A DNA stretch of 343 bases, from assembly GCF_003334785.1 (NCBI RefSeq), contig NZ_QOWV01000089.1. One strand, 5' to 3'. Shown piece after piece: positions 1 to 343 of this stretch (positions within the stretch are counted from its first letter, which is position 1; each line of letters begins with the position of its first letter). A model generated the notes under the pieces. The model was not told the origin of the DNA and made no database searches. It saw only the letters and a program-made list of their open reading frames with translations. Source of the stretch: Escherichia coli. Lineage in GTDB: Bacteria > Pseudomonadota > Gammaproteobacteria > Enterobacterales > Enterobacteriaceae. The position numbers and the translations under genes are program-made.

Positions 1-342
<342 letters not shown>

Positions 343-343
343 T

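Overview
The whole 343-bp window lies inside one gene on the minus strand: an internal fragment of an IS3-family insertion-sequence transposase (OrfB, the integrase/DDE subunit). The minus-strand frame covering 1-342 is open for all 114 codons and translates to [115 protein letters not shown] recognise this as an enterobacterial IS3-group OrfB, most like IS600 from memory, though that element-level call is tentative. The window has no gene start or stop, no inverted-repeat termini, no orfA and no frameshift site, so whether the element is intact cannot be judged. GC is about 58% by hand count. I see nothing here that supports a novel or undescribed system. The only unusual observation is that the exactly antisense plus-strand frame is also stop-free across the window, which is most likely a codon-usage by-product.
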